Positions 1 through 10,276 of a stretch of DNA of 64,000 nucleotides are shown one piece after another (the stretch's first letter is position 1; every line of letters starts with the position of its first letter). The stretch is taken from contig OZ243927.1 of assembly GCA_965213925.1 (NCBI GenBank), forward strand, positions 4,448,001-4,512,000, read 5' to 3'. The DNA is from Trueperaceae bacterium (GTDB lineage Bacteria; Deinococcota; Deinococci; Deinococcales; Trueperaceae). The position numbers were made by a program, and so were the translations under genes. Below the pieces are notes generated by a model, which saw only the letters and a program-made list of their open reading frames with translations, ran no database searches and was not told the origin of the DNA.

Positions 1-1539
1 CGCGATGTTGGGCTTAGGGCGTGACCGCTGCGTTTCACCGTAGCCGTAGCCGTAGTGCGCCGAAGCGCGTCCCACTTGCGTGACGACTGCACCTAAAACG
101 CGCACGCCGATATTTTGCAAGCGCTCCGCTGCAACCTGTAAGCTGCGGCGGTCTGTTCCCGCTAGGCTCGCGACGAGCACCGTGCCCGTGCAAAAGGGCG
201 CGATGGTCAAGGAGTCGGCGACGGGCAAGAGCGGCGCGGAGTCGATGACGATGACGTCGTAATGCTTACGCCAGCACTCTAAACAGGCGCGGACGCCGCT
301 GCTGAGGAGTTCTGGCGCAGCAGAAGTCGGCTCGAAGGTGGGGATGACCTCTAGGTTCTGGGTCTGGTTGATGGCGACGTGGGTGGTCTCGGCGGTGACG
401 TCCAGCTCGGGGTTTCGCAGAAAGTCCGCGAGCTGCTTGCGGCTCCCCGGCGCGATGCGGTACTCGTCGGCGACGTCGGGCTTGCGCATGTCGGCGTCGA
501 CGAGCAGCGTACGGTAGTCGTTGCGGGCGAAGCTCTCGGCTAAGTTCAAGGCGACGCTCGACTTGCCCTCGGCTCCTTTGGCGCTCGAGATGAGAAAGAC
601 TTTCGGTCCCTCCTGCGCGGCGAAGAGCAAATTGGTGCGCAAAAAGCTCATCGCTTCGGGCGACAAGCGGCGGCTCTTCGACACCTTGGGTACCTCCGCC
701 AAAATGCTCAGCCCGAGCGCCGCCACGTCTTCGACCCGGCGCAAGCGGCTGTCGAGCGCGTTGCGCAGGAGCAGCACGCCGTAGACGATAAATATACCCA
801 AGATAGCGGCTAAGGCGGCGTTGCGCACGGGGTTAGGCGCAGCGGGGCGCGGCGGGACGGTCGCAGGCTCGACGATAGTGAGAAGCCCCGTCGTCGAATT
901 TTTAAGCGCCCGCGCGTAGAAAAGCTCCTCTTGCTGCTGCGCCCGCAGCGCCATGCGGCTCTCGATCTCGTTCTGGTTGCCCACGTCGCCCATGAGCCTA
1001 AGCGATTCGATGGAGTCGTCTAACGCTTCTATTTGTCCCTCTAGGGTGCTGATGTGCTGCGTGATATTCGCGCTCGCGCGCTCGCGGTCCCACGCGACGA
1101 GCGCTTGCGCCACCGCGTCGGAGTAGACGGCGGCATTTTCGCCCGTGGGGGCGGCGGCGGTGAGGTAGATGAGGCTCGAGACGTCGTCGCGCCCGCCATC
1201 AATTTCGATGAGCAATTCCTTGCGGAGCGCCGAAAGGTCACTCCGGCTCGGGTTCATCTGACCGAACTGCGCGTAGGCGCTCTCGATGACTGGATTGCTC
1301 AGGATGATCGTCTGGTAGGTGCTGTGCTCGATGGGGGGCGGCGTCAGCACCCGGTCCGAACTTGCCGAACTGGACTCGGCGGCTAAGATGGTCGTGGTTG
1401 CTTCGTAGACGGGCTCGAGCTGTTGGCTCAAGAAAAACGCCGCCGCTGCTAAGAGGAGCGCGATGGGCAGGGCGACTAAAAGCCCTCTAAAGACGAAGCG
1501 GAACAGCTCGCCGATACTCGCTTGGGATTCTTCGTTCAT
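1..1539 (-). CDS. wzc: Polysaccharide co-polymerase / tyrosine autokinase (Wzc-like); 3' end runs off the window
   Basis: Read manually (absent from the ORF track because no stop lies in the window). ATG at 1539, two TM segments, Walker A ISSAKGAEGKS, A' LLVDADMRKP, B VIVIDSAP, C-terminal Tyr cluster HYGYGYG. Confidence 0.9.
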   Translation of the reverse strand, partial: MNEESQASIGELFRFVFRGLLVALPIALLLAAAAFFLSQQLEPVYEATTTILAAESSSASSDRVLTPPPIEHSTYQTIILSNPVIESAYAQFGQMNPSRSDLSALRKELLIEIDGGRDDVSSLIYLTAAAPTGENAAVYSDAVAQALVAWDRERASANITQHISTLEGQIEALDDSIESLRLMGDVGNQNEIESRMALRAQQQEELFYARALKNSTTGLLTIVEPATVPPRPAAPNPVRNAALAAILGIFIVYGVLLLRNALDSRLRRVEDVAALGLSILAEVPKVSKSRRLSPEAMSFLRTNLLFAAQEGPKVFLISSAKGAEGKSSVALNLAESFARNDYRTLLVDADMRKPDVADEYRIAPGSRKQLADFLRNPELDVTAETTHVAINQTQNLEVIPTFEPTSAAPELLSSGVRACLECWRKHYDVIVIDSAPLLPVADSLTIAPFCTGTVLVASLAGTDRRSLQVAAERLQNIGVRVLGAVVTQVGRASAHYGYGYGETQRSRPKPNIA

Positions 1540-1687
1540 CTTGCGCTCTTTTCTTTGGGAGTTAGGTCGTTCGGAGCTGGAGTGGTCAAACAGCTAGGTA
1601 AAGTCACGTTATCCACCGAGTCAGACGGACTAGGTAGCGTGTAACTCGGCAGAAGCGGTGTAGGAAATTCGTCACAACCGACACGTC

Positions 1688-2896
1688 TCATCTCGCCTCA
1701 ACTCCATGAGGGGTCGTTCGCCTGGCGTCGGTAGGCTCAGCAACCTCAGCCAGACACGCTGACACGGAGTCTACCATCGCCTGCAAGGAGAAGTGCGCCT
1801 GCGCCCCTACGCGCCCCCGCGCGGCTAACCGTTCGGCTTCCTCGGGCTGCTCGAGCAGCGAGGCGAGCGCCCTGGAGAGCGCCCTGGCGTCGCCGGGCTC
1901 GACTAAAACGCCTCTGTCCGCGCCGACGATCTCGCGCGCGCCGCCCGCGTTCGAAGCCACTACCGGGCGACCCGCCAACATCCCCTCGACGATAACCCGG
2001 CCGAAGGGTTCGGGCGCGGTCGAGGTGTGCGCGACCACGCTCGAGAGCTTCATCAGCGCGGGCACGTCGCGCCGAAAGCCCAAAAAGTGAACGCGCGCGG
2101 AGAGCCCTAGCGCTTTCGCGCGCGCCTTCAGCCTCTGCGCGTACGCCGCTTCGCCGAAGAGCGCCTCGCCGACGAAGAGCGCGTGGACGTCACCGAGATG
2201 AGGGGGCAGGTGAGGCAGCGCCTCTAACAGAACGTGCTGCCCCTTCCAGGGTGACAAGCGGCTAAAAACACTCACGACGGGCGCGTCGCCTAGCCCCAAA
2301 GTTTGGCGTAAGGTCGCGACCTCCGCCGCCGTCACCGCCTCAAAGGGCGCAGGGTCGATGCCGTTATGGACCACGCGAACCGGCGCGCGCCCGCCTGCGG
2401 CTGCGAACGCCTCGGCGGTCGCTTGCGAGTTGGCGATGACCTGCGCGGTGAGGTGATTCGCGAGCGCCACGACGAGGCGGCGGTTGGTGCGGCTGAAGTG
2501 CTCCGCAGTCAGGATGTCGTGCAAGCACCACACGACAGGCCGCCGCGATATCTTGCCCGCCAACGCCGCCACGACAAAGGCTTTTTGAGAGTTGGCGAAG
2601 ATGAGGTCGAAGCCTTTCGCCGCCCTCGCGACCTGAGCGACAAGGCGCAGCAGACCCGGAACCGCGCGGAAAGCGCCGCCGCCCCTATCCTCCCTCGAGA
2701 CTCCCGTCACCGCGCTAGGGGTCTGAAGAACCTGGACGTCTACGCCCGCCTCAGCCAACCGCTCACGAAACGGACCGTCCGAGAAGAGCATCACTTTGCT
2801 GCCCGCGTGACGCGCCGCATCGTGCTTCGCGAGGTCGAGCAAGTAGAGTTCCGCCCCGCCTAAGACGCCTGCGTGGTCCAAAAAGAGCACCCTCAT
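1688..2896 (-). CDS. GT4 family glycosyltransferase
   Basis: Start reassigned to MRVLFLDHAG (ATGA overlap with the upstream stop). GGAE, WKGQ and EPFGRVIVEGM motifs. Confidence 0.92.
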   Translation of the reverse strand: MRVLFLDHAGVLGGAELYLLDLAKHDAARHAGSKVMLFSDGPFRERLAEAGVDVQVLQTPSAVTGVSREDRGGGAFRAVPGLLRLVAQVARAAKGFDLIFANSQKAFVVAALAGKISRRPVVWCLHDILTAEHFSRTNRRLVVALANHLTAQVIANSQATAEAFAAAGGRAPVRVVHNGIDPAPFEAVTAAEVATLRQTLGLGDAPVVSVFSRLSPWKGQHVLLEALPHLPPHLGDVHALFVGEALFGEAAYAQRLKARAKALGLSARVHFLGFRRDVPALMKLSSVVAHTSTAPEPFGRVIVEGMLAGRPVVASNAGGAREIVGADRGVLVEPGDARALSRALASLLEQPEEAERLAARGRVGAQAHFSLQAMVDSVSACLAEVAEPTDARRTTPHGVEAR

Positions 2897-4341
2897 GCAG
2901 TTTTCCCAACGGCGCGCTTTGAGCGCTCGAACTCGTACGACGACAGCGTCAAACATAAGAAAAACCAGATGACCACGCCCATCACGCCGACCCAGGCGTT
3001 GCCGAAGGCGACCTGGCTGAGCCCCGCCACCGCGACGCTCAAGCAGGTCGTGCCGAACGCGCCCGAGCGCCTGAGGCGCGCCAGCGCGAGCGCGAAGAGC
3101 CAGCCGACGCCGCCCGCGTAGTAGAGCGTCCCGAGCGCGCCGAAGGCGTACGGCACCGCGATGACGCCGCTGTCTAGGTTGACCACGCCGCCCCGCGCGT
3201 TTAAGTCGGCGGCGACGCCCGTACTCCCCAGCCCCAGACCGAGCGGATGCCGGACGAGGAACGACGCCATGTCGGTATAGAGCGTCAGGCGGGCGCGGTA
3301 ACTCACGTCGCCCTGAACGTTGTCGAGCGACTCGAAGCGCGTGTTGACCGACTCGGCGATAGGTCCGAAGCGTAAAAGGGGCAGCGCCGCGACGCCGACC
3401 GCGACCAAGGTCAAGGCTAAGCGCGTGCGCTCGCGCGCCGGCAATTGCGCGGCGAGGACGAGCAGACCCACGACTAGCCCGCCCCAAGCGGAGCGCACCA
3501 GCGAGAGCATAAAGCTCGCGAAGCCGACCGCAGCCGCCCCCCAGCGGAGCACGCCGGGCGTGCGCAAGAGCAGCAGCAGCCCCGCCAGCATCACCACGGC
3601 GAACGGTCCCGGCGAGTTGAGCGTGCTGAAGACGCGCACCTCGAAGGGCTCGGGCGACCCGATGGAGCCCATGTCGGACTGGACCATCCAGTAGCTGTCC
3701 CACGCAGGCATGACCAGAAATTGGTAGAGCCCGTAAAGCCCCATGACCAGCACACCCCAGATGAAGGTGCGCTGGACCACGCGCCGCTGCGCCTCAAAGT
3801 GGTGCGGCGTAACGAGCAAGTACGCGCCTAAAACCACGGGCGCGAGCCAGTTGAGCAGGTCGAAGGTTGCGCCGAACACGCTGCCGAGCAGAACGCCGAT
3901 CCCGTAGCCGTACATGAGCCCCAGCAAGACGAGCGCGAAGGGCAGCCGGTAGCGCGGCGCGAAGCGGTGCAGGTTGAAAAATACCGGGAACGCCGCTAAG
4001 CACGAGACCAGAAAGGGCGCGACCATGACCAGGCTCGCCTCGGTGTAGCCCGTCTGGTTATCCACTAGGCGGCGCACCTCGGGGGTCAAGAACCAGAGCC
4101 ACCAGGTGTAGCCTAGGTAGCCCGCCGGACGCTGCCAGAGCCAGAGCGCGCCGACGCCCGTCGCCAGCACCGGGAACGCGAGTTGTAAAACGCTCGAGCC
4201 GCCCCCAACGACACCCAGCGCCGTAACGCCCACGAGCCCGATAAGGGACGCTATGGGCAGAGCCTCCAAATACACGTTACCGCCGCGACCACGCCCTGCG
4301 GGGGACCCGCCTTCGGCTCGAGCCCGGTACGCGCGTATCAC
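2893..4341 (-). CDS. Wzy / O-antigen-ligase-like polysaccharide polymerase
   Basis: Many TM helices. RVFSTLNSP, SLVRSAW and PLGLGLG...NLDSG motifs; EPS operon context. Confidence 0.75.
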   Translation of the reverse strand: MIRAYRARAEGGSPAGRGRGGNVYLEALPIASLIGLVGVTALGVVGGGSSVLQLAFPVLATGVGALWLWQRPAGYLGYTWWLWFLTPEVRRLVDNQTGYTEASLVMVAPFLVSCLAAFPVFFNLHRFAPRYRLPFALVLLGLMYGYGIGVLLGSVFGATFDLLNWLAPVVLGAYLLVTPHHFEAQRRVVQRTFIWGVLVMGLYGLYQFLVMPAWDSYWMVQSDMGSIGSPEPFEVRVFSTLNSPGPFAVVMLAGLLLLLRTPGVLRWGAAAVGFASFMLSLVRSAWGGLVVGLLVLAAQLPARERTRLALTLVAVGVAALPLLRFGPIAESVNTRFESLDNVQGDVSYRARLTLYTDMASFLVRHPLGLGLGSTGVAADLNARGGVVNLDSGVIAVPYAFGALGTLYYAGGVGWLFALALARLRRSGAFGTTCLSVAVAGLSQVAFGNAWVGVMGVVIWFFLCLTLSSYEFERSKRAVGKTA

Positions 4342-5204
4342 CGGTTCGCCTCCGCGGGTGCTGTAGCGTCTATCGGTGCGTCTTTGTAGGTATCCTCTTT
4401 ACAGGTGTCCTCCGGCGCGTAGAGCGCGGGCGGGTGAGGAGTGCGCGCCGCGTTCTGCCGCTCCCACAGCTTGGCGTAGCGGATAAAGTCGCTCGTCGCC
4501 TTGAGCAGCGAATGCATGAGCCCGCGCGTTCCCAAGCGAAAGCCCCCTCTGGCGACGTAGCTCCACAAAAAGCGCAGCACGGGCTTCACGGCGATGTCCG
4601 CCGCCGTCGCCCGCTTCCCCAAACGGTCGAGTTCAGCGGCTTCTAGGGTCGCGTAGCGGTTGAACAGCCCGACGAACTCGTCCACCGTATGCCCGTTCCA
4701 GTGGAGCAACACCCCCTCGACCGGAATGGACACGCCGGGAAAGCGCACCTCTTCGTGCACGTTCATCGCCGTGTCATAAGCGCTCTCCTTGCGGTTATAG
4801 AGCCGCACGAAGCTTCGCCTCTTGCTAGGTCGCGACTCGTTCGGCAGCAAGACGCCCAAAAAGTCGCCGCGGCGGTCTAAGGCGTAGGCGTTACGGGCGT
4901 CCAGCGGTCCGCGCAGCACCTCCTGCAAGGACGCGGACAGCTCCGGCGTAGCGACCTCGTCCGCGTCCAAAAAGAGCACCCAGTCGTGCTGAGCCAGCGC
5001 CGCCCCCCGGTTGCGCTGCTTCGAAAAACCGAGCCAAGGCTGCTCGAACACGTTCGCGCCCAAAGACGCCGCGATCTCCTTTGTATCGTCCGAGCTGCCC
5101 GAGTCGATGACGAGCACCTCGTCCGCCCAGCGCACGCTGCGGATGCAGCGCCCGATGAACTGCGCTTCGTTCTTCGTCATGATTACGACGCTGAGAGGGG
5201 TCAT
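4338..5204 (-). CDS. GT2 glycosyltransferase (WaaE/KdtX-like)
   Basis: LSVVIMTKNE, IDSGSSD, FLDADE, VHE motifs. RBS GAGG before ATG 5204. Confidence 0.88.
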   Translation of the reverse strand: MTPLSVVIMTKNEAQFIGRCIRSVRWADEVLVIDSGSSDDTKEIAASLGANVFEQPWLGFSKQRNRGAALAQHDWVLFLDADEVATPELSASLQEVLRGPLDARNAYALDRRGDFLGVLLPNESRPSKRRSFVRLYNRKESAYDTAMNVHEEVRFPGVSIPVEGVLLHWNGHTVDEFVGLFNRYATLEAAELDRLGKRATAADIAVKPVLRFLWSYVARGGFRLGTRGLMHSLLKATSDFIRYAKLWERQNAARTPHPPALYAPEDTCKEDTYKDAPIDATAPAEANR

Positions 5205-5293
5205 ATCAACCTCTTTTGACCGCACGGTTGGTCCACAAGATTAAAGTCACTGACCGAGATGCCACAGATGGCGATGTCGCTGACACGAAGCTC

Positions 5294-6250
5294 CTAACTC
5301 TGCACTTTCGTAGACCCCAAGCGCCTCAACCAGCGCGCTTTCACAATCGTTAAACCCAGACGGACGCTGTTCTTGGCGTAGCGCAGCCTTGGATAGTGCG
5401 CCAACGCCTCCTGGTGGAGCTGCGACGCTTCCTTGTCGTCGCCCGCATAGAGCAGCGAGCGCCACGCCGTATGAAGATACGCCCGCCCCAAAGCTCGCCC
5501 CTTGAGGTGCTGCTGCGCCGCGGGCACATCCCGAAAAGATTTATCGATGATTCGGCGGAGCGTAGGCAGGAGCGACTGATAGTTCTTGTGCTTGTTGTCG
5601 GCGTGCTGGCGGTAGGCAGCTAGGGGTTCTTTAACTACCGCAAAGCGGTAGCGCGCGGTGATGCGAATCCACATCTCCCAGTCTTCGGCGTAGCGAAAGC
5701 TCTCGTCAAACGTGCCGACCTCTCCGAAGAGTCGGCGGCGCACCAGCGGCGTGCTGCCGCAGCGCACCAGGTTGTACTCGACCATCTGCGCCCACACGTC
5801 GCCCTCTAAATGCTGCGTCATCACCTTGCCGATAGGCTCGCCCGCCGCGTTGATATACGAAATCCAGGTGTCCACCAAGCCCACCTCAGGGTCAGCCTCC
5901 ATGCGCGCCACCTGCTTCTCGAGCTTCGTCGGCTGCCACAGGTCGTCCGCGTCCAGAAAGGCGACGTACTCGCCCCTTGCCGCCGCCACGCCCGTGTTGC
6001 GCGCCGCCGCCGCGCCGCCGTTGGGTCTCGAGACCAGCTTGACCCTCGGGTCGGGGTGCGCCGCCGCCCAGCTCGCCGTATTGTCCTTGCTACCGTCGTC
6101 TACGATGAGCACTTCGAAGTCTTGGAGCGTTTGTGCCAAGACGCTCTCGACGGTGTGCGGAAGAAAGCGCATGGCGTTGTAGGCGGGGATGACGACCGAC
6201 ACTTTGGGAATAATATGTGGAGCTTTGGAAGAACTTGGCTGATAGGGCAT
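5294..6250 (-). CDS. GT2 glycosyltransferase
   Basis: VSVVIPAYN, VDDGSKD, FLDADD, AEDWEMW motifs. Confidence 0.92.
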   Translation of the reverse strand: MPYQPSSSKAPHIIPKVSVVIPAYNAMRFLPHTVESVLAQTLQDFEVLIVDDGSKDNTASWAAAHPDPRVKLVSRPNGGAAAARNTGVAAARGEYVAFLDADDLWQPTKLEKQVARMEADPEVGLVDTWISYINAAGEPIGKVMTQHLEGDVWAQMVEYNLVRCGSTPLVRRRLFGEVGTFDESFRYAEDWEMWIRITARYRFAVVKEPLAAYRQHADNKHKNYQSLLPTLRRIIDKSFRDVPAAQQHLKGRALGRAYLHTAWRSLLYAGDDKEASQLHQEALAHYPRLRYAKNSVRLGLTIVKARWLRRLGSTKVQS

Positions 6251-6390
6251 GGTGTCCTTTTACGTGAGTCTCAACACTGTCGCTGGCACGACCTTAATCT
6301 CAGAGGTTGCGCGTCCCGCGAAGTCCGGTGTGAGTAGCGGACCGGTCCACGTGAAGTTTAACTTTTTTCAAACTAAGATATGCTGAGTGA

Positions 6391-6598
6391 TACCAATTCC
6401 GATTGATTCTCAATCAATCCGAGCGAAAAAGTCTTCAACCGGGCGTATCATGCCGTCGTAATGTCGCTCATATTGGCTATTCGTTGATGTTACCACCGGT
6501 TGAGGACTCTCCTGCGAGCAGGAACAAATATACGGATGGAGCGTATGGACTATCACCGAACGCTTCTCTCGGTGATAGGGAATTAAGCGGAATCCGTA
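6391..6598 (-). repeat. SNR/MITE-like small non-coding repeat, copy 1
   Basis: Ends TACCAATTCCG / CGGAATCCGTA, internal hairpins. Inverted homolog of 20824-21040. Confidence 0.85.
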
Positions 6599-6607
6599 TG
6601 ACCCCGC

Positions 6608-7660
6608 TCACTCGGCACCGCTCACAACCTCTCGAAAAGCTTGCCATGTTTCCTTGCCGACCTCTCCCCACTCGAGCGCGTTCAGGTCCGCGCGTTGCCC
6701 CGCGACCCCTCGCGCCCACGCCTGACTCGCCCGTAGGTCCGCCGCGCTCAGCATTCCACGGTACATCTTAACCCAAGCCTCACCCACTTTCCCCTGCAAC
6801 TCCTCCATCGCACCCATGTTAGGGACCAGGATAGGTGTATCGAGCGAGAGCGCCATCAGCGCGCTGCCCGAATGCAAGATGTCCTTGTAGGGAAGAACCG
6901 CGACGTCCGCAGCGGCGAAGTAGTATTGTAGGTCGTCATCCGGGATAAACGTCAAGTGGAGCCGCACGCGCGGGTCATCCTGCGCTGCTTTCTCTATCTC
7001 ACGCTTTAAGCGGGGCGTGCGAGGATTGCCCGCGACCAAAAGCAGCGTCTGCTCGTCGTCAAGTTCGCGGAAGGTGCGCACAAGGTGGGGCACGTTTTTG
7101 TACCTTCTGATCTGCCCGAAGTGCAAGACAACCCCGACCTCTTCCGGTATCCCCAGGCGCTCGCGGGCAACTCGTTTTGACACCTGCACCTGATGCGAGT
7201 CGCGGTAATGACCTCTCGGAATCACGAACGAGGGCAGCGTTTTGAGGTGCGGAAACTTTGCGGTAGCCTCATCTGCTGCCGTTTGGCTGAGCGCAATCCA
7301 GCCGTCTAAGAGTTTGACGTAAGGGCGGTAGAAAAACGGCTCTAGGTAGGGATGATAGCGCTCGTGCGGGCGGAGGTTATGCACTGTCCACACGAGCTTA
7401 ACTCCTTTGGACTTAGCCTCTTTCAGCCAGCCCAATATCTCAGAGGTGTGCTTCATGATTTTGAGGGGGCTGCGCGTGTTGAAGTGGGTGTCGGGCCAGT
7501 GGATGTGCCACACGTCGTAACCGTCTACGCTAAAACGCCCCTCAGACATCGCCTGGGTCGAGAAGTCGTCTATCTCGACGCCAAAGGGTTTCATGCTGCC
7601 GTACAAGAGGTCCATGTGGTTATTCGTGGGGATGGAGGCGGGCCAGGCGAGTATTCGCAT
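6608..7660 (-). CDS. GT-B (GT4-like) glycosyltransferase
   Basis: WHIHW, WTVHNLRPHE, FGQIRRYKNV and AVLPYKDILHSGS motifs. Confidence 0.85.
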   Translation of the reverse strand: MRILAWPASIPTNNHMDLLYGSMKPFGVEIDDFSTQAMSEGRFSVDGYDVWHIHWPDTHFNTRSPLKIMKHTSEILGWLKEAKSKGVKLVWTVHNLRPHERYHPYLEPFFYRPYVKLLDGWIALSQTAADEATAKFPHLKTLPSFVIPRGHYRDSHQVQVSKRVARERLGIPEEVGVVLHFGQIRRYKNVPHLVRTFRELDDEQTLLLVAGNPRTPRLKREIEKAAQDDPRVRLHLTFIPDDDLQYYFAAADVAVLPYKDILHSGSALMALSLDTPILVPNMGAMEELQGKVGEAWVKMYRGMLSAADLRASQAWARGVAGQRADLNALEWGEVGKETWQAFREVVSGAE

Positions 7661-7691
7661 ACTTTTCCTCTTCAGATGTGTTGGACTTAGC

Positions 7692-8903
7692 TTAGAGCGC
7701 CTCGATAAGCGCGACGAACTGTTCGTTCAAAACATCGTTATTGAACTCCCGCTCGACTTTAGCGCGGGCGGCGCGGCTCATATCGCTCAAAGTCTGAGGG
7801 GACGAGAGAAGCTCGAGCAGCCCCCTAGCGAGTGCGTCACTGTCGCGCTCGGGCACTAGATAGCCCGACACGCTATGTTCGATGAGTTCGGGGATGCCGC
7901 TATGCCAGGTGCTCAGCACGGGCGTTCCTTGCGCCATCGCCTCCATGATTGCCACTGGGATGCCCTCCATATCGCCGTTTTGCGCCGTGACGCTCGGCGC
8001 GAGCAGCACGTGAGCTTCGGAAAGCGTTTCGAACACGACGCGGCTCGGCTGAGGTCCTAAAAACCTAACGTGTGTCTGCACCCCTAAATGTGTCGTCTCA
8101 GCTTCTAGCACTTTGCGCAACGGACCGTCACCGATGATCGTATAGACGAGGTCGGGGTGCTGTGTAATAACGGCAGGCAGGGAGCGAATCGCGTAGATGA
8201 GCCCCTTTTTCTCTACCGCCCTCGCGACGCTCAAAAGCTTGACGGGCTCTCTCAGCGGCGTAGGATTAAAGGCGATCTCCGAACACGCGACGCCCATGTG
8301 GTGCACGCGCATCTTTTCAGACGGGAAGCCTTTCTCCTCGAGCCGCGCTTTCCACAGCTCGTTGACGGTTAGGAACAGGTCGCCCTCCTCCCTAAGCTGA
8401 GCGTAAGCGTCAGGGTGCGCGTCCAAGTAGGCGGAAACGTCAACCCCGTGAAAGATAGTAACGATTTTTCCAGAGAGTGCCCCGGCACCCTTGAGCGCCG
8501 CCGCCTCAGCGCCGTTGTAGCCGAAGTGACAGCAGACTACGTCGAAGGGCGGCTTCTGATTGAGAAAGGTCACACCAGCGGCAAAGAGCCGCGCGCTCCA
8601 GCGTCCTCTCAGGTAATCTCGAGGGCGCAGCACGCTCAAGTAAGCGGGGATGTTCGCGGGGTGGCGCACACACGACCTCAACATAAGCGCCGCCACGCTG
8701 AAGAGTCGCTCGAGCTTACGGCGCTCACCGGGCAGATAGAGGACCCTCACCCGCTCCGCCACCGGCACGTTGGCGCTAGGGTCCGCGCTAGGTTGCGCAA
8801 CCACGCTCACCTCGTGCCCAGCTTGGGCGAGCGCCTCGATCTGGCGGTAGACAAACGTCAAAGAGGTCAAGGGAAACTCCCTCAGCACGAACGCTATCTT
8901 CAC
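7692..8903 (-). CDS. GT4 glycosyltransferase, WcaL-like
   Basis: CHFG, FHGVD, EKKG, SVTAQNGDMEGIPVAIMEAMA motifs. Confidence 0.9.
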   Translation of the reverse strand: MKIAFVLREFPLTSLTFVYRQIEALAQAGHEVSVVAQPSADPSANVPVAERVRVLYLPGERRKLERLFSVAALMLRSCVRHPANIPAYLSVLRPRDYLRGRWSARLFAAGVTFLNQKPPFDVVCCHFGYNGAEAAALKGAGALSGKIVTIFHGVDVSAYLDAHPDAYAQLREEGDLFLTVNELWKARLEEKGFPSEKMRVHHMGVACSEIAFNPTPLREPVKLLSVARAVEKKGLIYAIRSLPAVITQHPDLVYTIIGDGPLRKVLEAETTHLGVQTHVRFLGPQPSRVVFETLSEAHVLLAPSVTAQNGDMEGIPVAIMEAMAQGTPVLSTWHSGIPELIEHSVSGYLVPERDSDALARGLLELLSSPQTLSDMSRAARAKVEREFNNDVLNEQFVALIEAL

Positions 8904-8909
8904 GGCTAT

Positions 8910-10247
8910 TTACGCTTTCACATGGTCTTGAGCTGACGGTTTACTTGCGGGGTCTAGGTCAAACACGTAGTCCAAAGCGTCGAAGGATGCCTCAGCCCGC
9001 CGATGCTCGCTCAGAACACCTTCAAAAAGCTGCTTATTGAAACTCGAGTAGTGCTCGACAAAACGCTCAATCTTACCTGCTAGTTCGTCGCCTGTAACGG
9101 TATCGATGTCCGAAACATACTTACCGATGCCGAAGCGACGAAAGAGTTCGGTCGTTTTGAACTCGTAAGAGATAGGCACGACGGGCGTACCTCTCGTAAG
9201 TGACAAAATAGCGACGTGCAGCCGCGTTGCTATGACAAGGTCAAAATCTGCCAGCTTAGCTTGCAAATCGAAAGGATCGTTGAAGTCAGAATTGACGGTT
9301 ACGCTCGCCTGATAGACTGGGTCTAGCTCGTCGAATACGCGCTGCGCGACTTTGGCGTCGTCCACCCAGTATTCAGGTATGCCCTGACAGGTGGAAATAA
9401 AGGTCACTTGCGCCCCGTAGGTGTCAATGACGAATTCCGTCGCCTGCCGGACGGCTTTCAGATATCTCTTCATACCGACGTCGGGCGAATCGTTTTTGAA
9501 ATACGGCCAGTGCCGCACCGATATGGCTACACGCTTAGGACGTAACGCTATAGCTTCACCCGCTTCCGCCACCTCTTTCTCTACCGCCGTAACGAAAACA
9601 GCGTCGGCTGACACCTGCATGTTGTCCGCCGTGTTCACGCTCTTGCAGTGTTCGTAAGAAGCCTCGTCGCGAAGCAGAATAAGGGCACACTTGGGAAACA
9701 CCTGACTCAGCATCTCTCGGTTGCGCTCCTCTGTAAAGGGTCCCATCGACTGAGTAAAGAGGACGACGGGGCGACCTGTGGCGAGCGAGAAACTTAGTTC
9801 GTCGTACCTCCTCTTGATGGAGTAGTTCTCGACGATGTAGGTCCCGCCCGTACCAATAATCATATCTACACTTACGTAATCGTCGAAAATCGCTCTCACC
9901 CTTGCTGGCATGAGCGCGCGGGCTAGGTTGATCCAGCCCCGCCTGAGCAGGGCGAGCGAAAGCACAGCCCGCACACGCTGCCCCTCTTGTTTTATCTTTC
10001 GACGTATCTTGCTGACTAGACCGGGCTGCGCCGCCGACCCCTCCCCCCCAAACGACCTCAAAACGTACTGTAGCTGGCTCTTGATCGTCAGGTCTGGGTA
10101 GTAGCGACGCGCCGCCTCTGCCTGGGAATCGTAGATCACAAACTCCGTATCGGGCCCGTATTTCTGCTCCATGCCCGCGATCATAGACTTGAGTATGGCG
10201 GCGTCGCCGGCGTTGAGCATGACTATATTTGTGATAGCGATTTTCAC
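8910..10247 (-). CDS. Polysaccharide pyruvyl transferase, WcaK-like
   Basis: NAGDAAI, TGGTY, QSMGPF, LLRD, IATRLHVAI, ISYEFKT motifs. Confidence 0.88.
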   Translation of the reverse strand: MKIAITNIVMLNAGDAAILKSMIAGMEQKYGPDTEFVIYDSQAEAARRYYPDLTIKSQLQYVLRSFGGEGSAAQPGLVSKIRRKIKQEGQRVRAVLSLALLRRGWINLARALMPARVRAIFDDYVSVDMIIGTGGTYIVENYSIKRRYDELSFSLATGRPVVLFTQSMGPFTEERNREMLSQVFPKCALILLRDEASYEHCKSVNTADNMQVSADAVFVTAVEKEVAEAGEAIALRPKRVAISVRHWPYFKNDSPDVGMKRYLKAVRQATEFVIDTYGAQVTFISTCQGIPEYWVDDAKVAQRVFDELDPVYQASVTVNSDFNDPFDLQAKLADFDLVIATRLHVAILSLTRGTPVVPISYEFKTTELFRRFGIGKYVSDIDTVTGDELAGKIERFVEHYSSFNKQLFEGVLSEHRRAEASFDALDYVFDLDPASKPSAQDHVKA

Positions 10248-10276
10248 GTGATGAAGCCTCCGTTAGCGGTTCGCGC

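Noticed and set aside
2897..3703. N-terminal 268 aa of the 671-aa ORF 1688..3703
   Set aside because: Out-of-frame overlap with wzy; the GT4 domain starts at 2896 with an ATGA coupling.
6403..6771. ORFs 6403..6771 and 20702..20935 sharing NKYTDGAYGLSP
   Set aside because: The shared peptide is only the translation of the non-coding repeat.
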